Source: Fimicolochytrium jonesii (taxonomy: Eukaryota). Taken from it: a stretch of DNA of 64,000 nucleotides. Numbering within the stretch: the stretch's first letter is position 1; each line of letters opens with the position of its first letter. Position numbers and translations under genes: made by a program. Of the stretch, positions 57,409 to 64,000 are shown one piece after another. The notes under the pieces were generated by a model that did not search any database, was not told the DNA's origin, and worked only from the letters and a program-made list of their open reading frames with translations. The stretch lies in assembly GCF_025526975.1 (NCBI RefSeq), contig NW_026515673.1, positions 62,001-126,000 on the forward strand, read 5' to 3'.

Positions 57409-57880
57409 TTGTGCTTTGGACGAGGAACGTAGTCCTCTAGAGTCTATGGACGAGGAGGAGGTTGCTTACTATCCCACCTCAACTACCCACCGCACTAAGC
57501 ACCTCCTCCTCACGCCGCATTCGCCGCATTCGCCGCTCAAACCGCATCGGTTTATTTATCAGCATCGCCTTCCACGGCGCAATCAACGACTACGCAAAGG
57601 TTTTACGGGTTTCCCTGGACATTAAGTCCTAAATGCGCTGCTCTGCGCGCTGCGGAGTAGCGTTCCCGAATAGACAGCTCATCTTCATCGACCATCCCTC
57701 CCTCCCACCGTAGCGTTCAGTCATAGCACTCGATAGCTCAAAAGAGATAAGGGAAAGGGAGCTATACGCACCGCAATCTGTTATTTATGCTGTCACTCGA
57801 GAAGGAAAATAGAGAAGCTTAGTAAGACCATAGACTCGTCCATAGACTCTAGAGGACTACGTTCCTCGTCCAGAGCACAA
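57409..57880. mobile_element. 472-bp non-coding element bounded by 46-bp inverted repeats (MITE/foldback-like)
   Basis: 57409-57454 (TTGTGCTTTGGACGAGGAACGTAGTCCTCTAGAGTCTATGGACGAG) is the reverse complement of 57835-57880 with one mismatch. No clear TSD. Confidence 0.7.
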
Positions 57881-58036
57881 AGTTCGCCTGCGGCAGCCCA
57901 GGGCTCCAAAGGCGCGCGCGAGAGTGCGTGGCCCCTCTCTAAGTTATTACAAGGCTGGCCTCGGCGGCGTTGCCGCCTCTAATATAAGCGACGGAAGGCA
58001 GGTCCAGAACAAAGGCTCTAAGTGAAGGCTCCAAGT

Positions 58037-58124
58037 CCGGCCTTACACCCATCACGCCCGGCCTTACAGCTTCACGCCCGGCCTTACACTGCATACATGT
58101 ACAGCCTTCACGCTCGGCCTTACA
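58037..58124. repeat. Four copies (one partial) of TCACGCCCGGCCTTACA upstream of the Fanzor gene
   Basis: Copies at 58037 (partial), 58052, 58072 and 58108. Confidence 0.85.
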
Positions 58125-58462
58125 GGAAGACTGTGACCTGTACTGTACAGTAGACGCGCGGCCTAAGGTTCCTTCCTTCCCAACCCCATTCTTTCCCAAC
58201 GCAATTGCGAGCAGATCTGTACTCGCCGACCACCACCAGGTAACAACCGCAATTCCTCACCGTTCTCAGCTTCATTACCACAGCACTGATGCAAGTTCTT
58301 TGACAAACAGCTACCCACAGCTTTCACGGCAATCACCTGCAACACATGTACACACACCAGTTATCTCGGCTGCGGGCAATCTGACCTCAACGCATCCACT
58401 GTGGTTGAATCAGGTTGTTCTGCTAGAGTGGTTCTCAACCGACATCATCTCTAGCAGGCATC

Positions 58463-61199
58463 ATGTCATCACACCAGGCGCTCCAGGGGCACCTGTGGTG
58501 TGGCTTCTTTACCGGAGTTACCACACCACGGCGGAAGAGGAGGAAGGTTACTCCGGTTACCCCGCGGTTGCCCATACGTCTGCCAACCGCTGTGCAGACA
58601 CCATTGCAACCCCCGCGATTCGAGTTCCCACCTTCTGTCCATCGCCACTTGCCCCAAGCAATTGCAGACATGATTAGGGAGAGTTCCGGCGAGAGTTCCG
58701 GCGATGAAGACGGGCAGCAGCACCAGCAGCGAGGGCTTTCACCCGTGGACAGGGGTCTGCAGCGTCCGTTGAGCCTCCCCGCTCCCAATCCTTTCCTTTT
58801 TCCCAGCACACCGGGCGGATCCCTGGTGTATGAACCACCACCACCACCGCCACCACCACCAGTTCAACGACCCCGCCCGCAGACACATGCCAGCACCAAG
58901 GTTTCGCTTCACCGAATTCATAATCAAAATCAAAATCAAGTTCAGAGGGAGCGCCTGACAACATTCATCGGCAATGTTCACGTCCTTGCGCGCCACACCA
59001 CCTTCTTTCTCAAGTACTACCTTGGTGAGTTTTTGAGGTACACTGCAGTGTATATTTCCCATAAAACAATGTCCTGACTACTACAATGTCCTGACTACTA
59101 CGTCTGCCCACCACAGCTGATCATCCTCTACACGATTTCCCGGACATCACCGACAAGCACATCAGTGTGATATTTGAGCTGCTAAATAACCCAGGCTACA
59201 ATGGCAATCCAGTCATCGCGCAAGAGTTACGTCCACGGGTTCAAGACTACTGTGATGTTCACGGATTCGCCCCCATCCGCATGCGGAATTGCCAACAGAC
59301 CGCAGCGTACACGGCTACGTGCATCCTCACAAACCTCAAAGTCAACGTACAAGAGCATTTCATGCAAATGTTTCTGCGCTATGTCAAAGAAAGGATTGGT
59401 TTGGAGCAAGTCATACTGCATCTCCGGAGAGCGCAGCGGCGACACTATTATCGGCGTGTGCGTCAATTTACAAAGTATGCGACGTTTGAAGAGTTTACAA
59501 CCAAAGAGGAGTTTGCGCGCCTCACACGACTTGAGTGGACCGTCCTCAATGAGTTATGGGCTCTGTTTCCTCCCCAGGATGAGCCGCTTGCGTACAGCCT
59601 TGCGGTGGACGCAATGCCATATTTAGGTGAGCTATGTCCCGTACATTTACCTCCCCCTCCCCCCCCCCCCTCCCCCCTGCGGCTTCCTCTTTTGTCTAAT
59701 CATGGTCAGCACCTGCCCTCGTCACAGGTGCCTATTGTGAGCTCTCACGCCTCTATGAGTGCCGTGGAATGCGGCTGTTTTCGGCCATCCCGCCGCGCAA
59801 ATCTCGAATCCAGTCATCTGTTCGGATCGACATAAAGATCCTAGCCACTCATATCCTGGGCTTGACCCACCGTCGCATGAGGAAATTCACCGATGAACGC
59901 AAGCGGGAGCTGTGGGGGCAGTTTCTCAATGTGAATGTAAGTCTCTATCCTTCTGCGCTTATTTCAATCACCTCACTGAATGACCGATTGCAGGACAAGA
60001 TCTTCAAGCATCGAAAGAAGCTTGGTCTCAAGTTCGATGGGTCAATCAGCACAAACGGGTATTCCGTTACCATCCACTTCAAGAAGCCAGGGCTCAAGTA
60101 TGGCCATCAGGCGCGGAAGCGCAGCCAGGCCCAAATGCGGGAAGAAGTCAACCAGCTGTATTTTGAGCACCACATTGCCGAACTAAGGGACGCTTCAAAC
60201 ATCATCAGCATTGATCCGGGCAAGCGTGACCTCTTGTTCTGTTGAGACATCAAGAAGGAGCGACCATTTCAGTACGTTTCAGTGGATTACTACTTTTGAC
60301 ATTCCGTTGCACCGTCCTCACAATGCACCACCCCATATCAGATACACATCCAATCAACGGGCGGTCGAGACAAAGTCTCGGTACTTTCAAAGAGACATGA
60401 CAGAGCAAAAGATCAATGCGGGCATCGCTGAGATGGAATCACATATTCCGTCGCACAAGAGCATGAACATCGAGGCGTTCTCAGCGTTCATTGTGGATTA
60501 CGAACATGCAGGTATGATGTTCTACTTCAACTTCAACTTTCAACTTTGGTAATACATGGGCTGACATCCATATCCCAGATCCCGCCCTGGATGAGTTTTA
60601 CCAGGATGAGATTCACGTGGCTCGCAGATTCAAGGCGTTCTCACTGCGGCAAAAGTCTGAGAGCAAGCTCATCAAGAACATGCGACGCCTGTATGGAAAG
60701 CATTTTGTGGTCATCTTGGGTGGTTGGAGCGACGCTGGAAAGACCATGCGCTTCCAGGAGTCGTCAAAGACCAAAGGGGGAGTGACTATCATTGGTACTA
60801 TGTATTATAATATGCTAACTCATCATGGAAATCAGACTCCGCACACTCTTCGCAAGAAACAACATTCCATGTTACTTGCTAGATGAGTATCGAACGTCCT
60901 CCGTGTGCCCGGACTGCCACGGGCGTGTGAAGAAACACATCTGACGGCGGCCGTCATCTCGGCCGTGGCAAGCTAGAAAGGGAAGAATGGAATACGTCCA
61001 TGGATTGGTGGGTTGCCCCAACCCCGAATGTATCAACCAAGACTGGACGCCATTTGAGATTCCTGGAAGACGACCACTACGGATGAAAGTGCACAATCGG
61101 GACATCCTAAGCACCAAGAATTTCCTCTCGATTGTGCGTTCGGTGGTGTTTGGCAATGGCCGCAGGCCAGACGCAATGACCAGACGCAATCTCCCGTAA
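58463..61199 (+). pseudogene. Fanzor1 (eukaryotic TnpB-like RNA-guided RuvC endonuclease), 7 exons, with disabling lesions
   Basis: Exons 58463-59024, 59117-59626, 59728-59936, 59994-60271, 60342-60511, 60579-60777 and 60836-61199 join in frame (about 763 aa). Motifs: FDGSISTNGYSVTI, RuvC-I ISIDPGKRDL, YTSNQR, VVILGGWS, LLDEYRTSSVCPDC, VHGLVGCPNPEC and RuvC-III HNRD. There are in-frame TGA codons at 60243 and 60942, and the last intron donor reads GG. Confidence 0.92.
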
Positions 61200-61320
61200 C
61201 CGGTAGTCTAGAATTTTCACCGCATTCCATTTTCCGTGGTGGTTATCTGCCATCCACATCATTGTACCTCTGCCTGAGGCGTCGCCGATGATGGCAACTT
61301 GTATTCCTGGAGCCTGGAGC
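61200..61320 (+). ncRNA. Candidate Fanzor omegaRNA region (boundaries unknown)
   Basis: Lies immediately 3' of the Fanzor stop, where omegaRNAs are encoded. Hairpins at 61236-61257 and within 61263-61303. Inferred from position and structure only. Confidence 0.45.
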
Positions 61321-61995
61321 GCTTCCGTTTGAAACGTACTTTAGCCCTCATCGCTGTTCTCAAGGCTTCTGGACCCTCCAAAAGCAGCCTTATGTGGAGT
61401 CATCTCTCGATGTAAGTTTCACCATCGCTGGATATTTTGCCACAACATCGGCGTTCATACGGACACTCGGCAATCCTTCGACGTCAGTGTATCACGACCT
61501 CATCAAGCCGAGTCCTATCCCGATCGGCTACATTGATCTCCTCCTCCTATCTTCGGCGTCGCACCCGAAAACATCGAAGAAGATACCTCGAGTAGAGAAT
61601 ACTCCAGAGTACAATCACAGCTGCAGGTCAAGGGAAAAGGATGGAAAGGCCCCGACGTATATGGAAGCTAGTTGAAAATGTCCAAGACGTCACTGTCTAC
61701 TCCGTTGCTGGTCAACTGAAGAGCTTGGGTAGACCTTACAATAGGAGCACCTAGAATATGTTAAAGCCACCAACACCTACAAAGTCCGGCGACCATCACA
61801 GGCACGACGGAGAAGATAGATCCCATGATTCGAAAAGAGTATCTGGGGGAACAATCCAAATCCCTTCATGGGCCTAGGAGCGTTTACATTGTACCCCGTG
61901 TTCAATGGGCAGGATGGCCACAGGTACTTGGGTATAACGACGACGGACCACCGATGTACCTCTGCCTGAGGCGTCGCCGATGATGGCAACTTGTA
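61263..61995 (+). repeat. Exact 41-bp direct repeat (61263-61303 and 61955-61995)
   Basis: TGTACCTCTGCCTGAGGCGTCGCCGATGATGGCAACTTGTA is present twice, 692 bp apart. Confidence 0.95.
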
Positions 61996-62417
61996 ACGAC
62001 GACGGAACACAAGGTCGTGCAGTCTTCCGCTGCCGCTGCTCAAGGACGTGTAGATTGGATACATTGCCAAGGGCCCAACTGGTGGGAGCTACGCTAGACT
62101 GCCTACAGCTATATACATACGCGGCATCCAAGGGGCCTTCTCCATAACGATAGGTTTGCGGAATCCTTCGACCACCTGTCCTGTTCCATCCCCAACAGTG
62201 CAGGACCGTTCAGAAATCATTGAAGAAATCTGACTGAACGAGCGTCGCGGAGCCTTCATGCCCAACAAGAGTGGTGTGAACAATGTTAAAACACGCCTGG
62301 GTGACTCACTGCTGTTCCCGCCCCCTGCTCTTTTCCCCAGGTGGACTTTCGTTTTTTTCTCACCCCCGTCCCACGATTCCCACTTTCCCATCCACCCCAT
62401 ACTCCTCAATAACGGCC

Positions 62418-64000
62418 ATGGCTGCCGCTGACCAAGATAACGGCTGGCGGTTCGCCCAGTGCTTCGGCGATAAAGGCGATGTCGAAGACGTCACAGAAGG
62501 TAAATCACCCCGCTGATCATCACGGAAAGCGGCCCGCGTGTTTCAATATACTTATTACTCAACTTCCTTCCTTCCCCCATCTAGCCGATATCATATCCGC
62601 GGTCGAGTTTGATTCCACTGGCGACTTTCTTGCGACCGGTGATAAGGGCGGAAGGATAGTCTTGTTCGAGCGGAGTGAGGGGGTGCGTTTCGTTCAATTT
62701 GGGAAGCGGCGACCCTAGATTCTGCTTAGAGGGGGCGAGCCTTATTTGCTATGAGGAAGCATGAGCAATGCGTGGGGTGGCCGCGAGGGAAGCAAGCGAA
62801 TGCGACTGTCTGTAGCAAGCGGATCAAGGTGCAGGGACGCTTGAGGCTGGCGAGCCGTAGGCGAGGCATTGGTTCGCGAGCGGACTAGCGAGCGAAGCAA
62901 GCAATAGATGTGAGCGGCAGGGAACGGTCGTGGTGTAAACGCGGCGGAGCTGCCGTTCCTCTTCAACTGCGAGCGGCCGCGAACGGTCGCATTTAGTCGT
63001 GAGCGATGTTTTATCTCTGCGGTCTCATCGAAATCATTGGCTGACGTCCACCCATCGCGAATTACCCTCACAGAAGAAGGGATGCGAATACAAATTCTAT
63101 ACAGAGTTTCAGTCTCACGAGCCCGAGTTCGACTACCTGAAAAGTCTGGAGATCGAGGAAAAGATCAACAAGATTCGGTGGTGCAGACGCCAGAACGCTG
63201 GGCATTTCCTCCTCTCAACCAACGGTATGAATCACCAATTCGCAGATGCCTCAAGCTTTTGTGTGATCGAGTCCTAATTGCTCCGAATAGACAAGACGAT
63301 CAAGCTATGGAAAATCTTCGAGAAACCACTAAAGGTCGTTTCCGAGACAAACCTCCTGGTAGACGCGACCCCCGCGCTCGGAGGAAACCTGACGAGGTCA
63401 TCTCTCAAAATGCCCCGCCTGATTCATCACGATACCATGATCGCTGCCGTCCCGAGAAAGATATACCAAAACGCGCACGCATACCACATCAACTCGATTT
63501 CGGTCAATTCGGATGGGGAGACCTTCCTGTCGGCTGACGATTTGAGGATCAATCTGTGGAATCTGAATGTGTCGGATCAGAGCTTTAGTACGCGTTGGAG
63601 TGCAGCTTAGCTCTCGAGGCGCGTCGCCGGCATGCTTATCTTCTACGAATTATAGATGTGGTGGACATCAAGCCTGTGAATATGGAGGAGTTGACGGAAG
63701 TCATAACGGCCGCAGAGTTCCACCCGTCGCAATGCAATCTGTTCGTTTACAGCAGTAGCAAGGGGACGATCAAACTCAACGACATGAGGCAGGCCGCCCT
63801 TTGCGATAAACATTCCAAGTGTGAGTTTGTGTGTGACAGCTATCGCAAACTAGCGACCGCTCGGGCTAACCGGTTTGGCCGTTGATCGGACAGTGTTTGA
63901 GGAGGAGGAAGATCCGGCAAACAAATCCTTCTTCTCAGAAATCATATCCTCGACATCAGACCTCAAATTCAGCAGAGACGGGCGATATATCCTGTCGAGG
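62418..64000 (+). CDS. CDC55: Protein phosphatase 2A regulatory subunit B55, 3'-truncated by the window edge, multi-exon
   Basis: [66 protein letters not shown] and [21 protein letters not shown]. Confidence 0.98.

Noticed and set aside
58140..61700. Possible TIR pair or Helitron ends for the Fanzor element (TACAGTAGACG at about 58146; CTAG at 61208 and 61668)
   Set aside because: Only weak partial matches, with no TSD or properly placed hairpin. The element ends remain undefined.

Overview
Intron-rich eukaryotic DNA with short GT-AG introns, most consistent with a zoosporic (chytrid-like) fungus: it has a chitin synthase, fungal housekeeping genes and an IQCH-like flagellar gene. In order, the window holds: chitin synthase (partial, missed by the ORF track); an ABCC transporter; a type II membrane beta-propeller-like protein; ILV6; a cNMP-domain/D-lactate dehydrogenase fusion; a very large STK-AAA-GAF hybrid histidine kinase with two receivers; an intact Tc1 (DD34E) transposon with TIRs and TA duplication; SMP3/PIG-Z; IQCH-like; an ankyrin pseudogene; an orphan 7-TM protein; cyclophilin B; a Tgl1-like lipase; a GPI-anchored mucin; RFC5; and CDC55 (partial). 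The standout is a six-intron Fanzor1 gene (eukaryotic TnpB-like RNA-guided nuclease) at 58463-61199, which the ORF track breaks into fragments. Its RuvC triad, zinc finger and NLS are intact, but it has two in-frame TGA codons and one broken splice donor. It is followed by a structured candidate omegaRNA region, part of which (41 bp) is exactly duplicated 692 bp downstream with a different 3' flank. It is preceded by inverted and tandem repeats. All calls come from manual translation and motif recognition; no searches were run.
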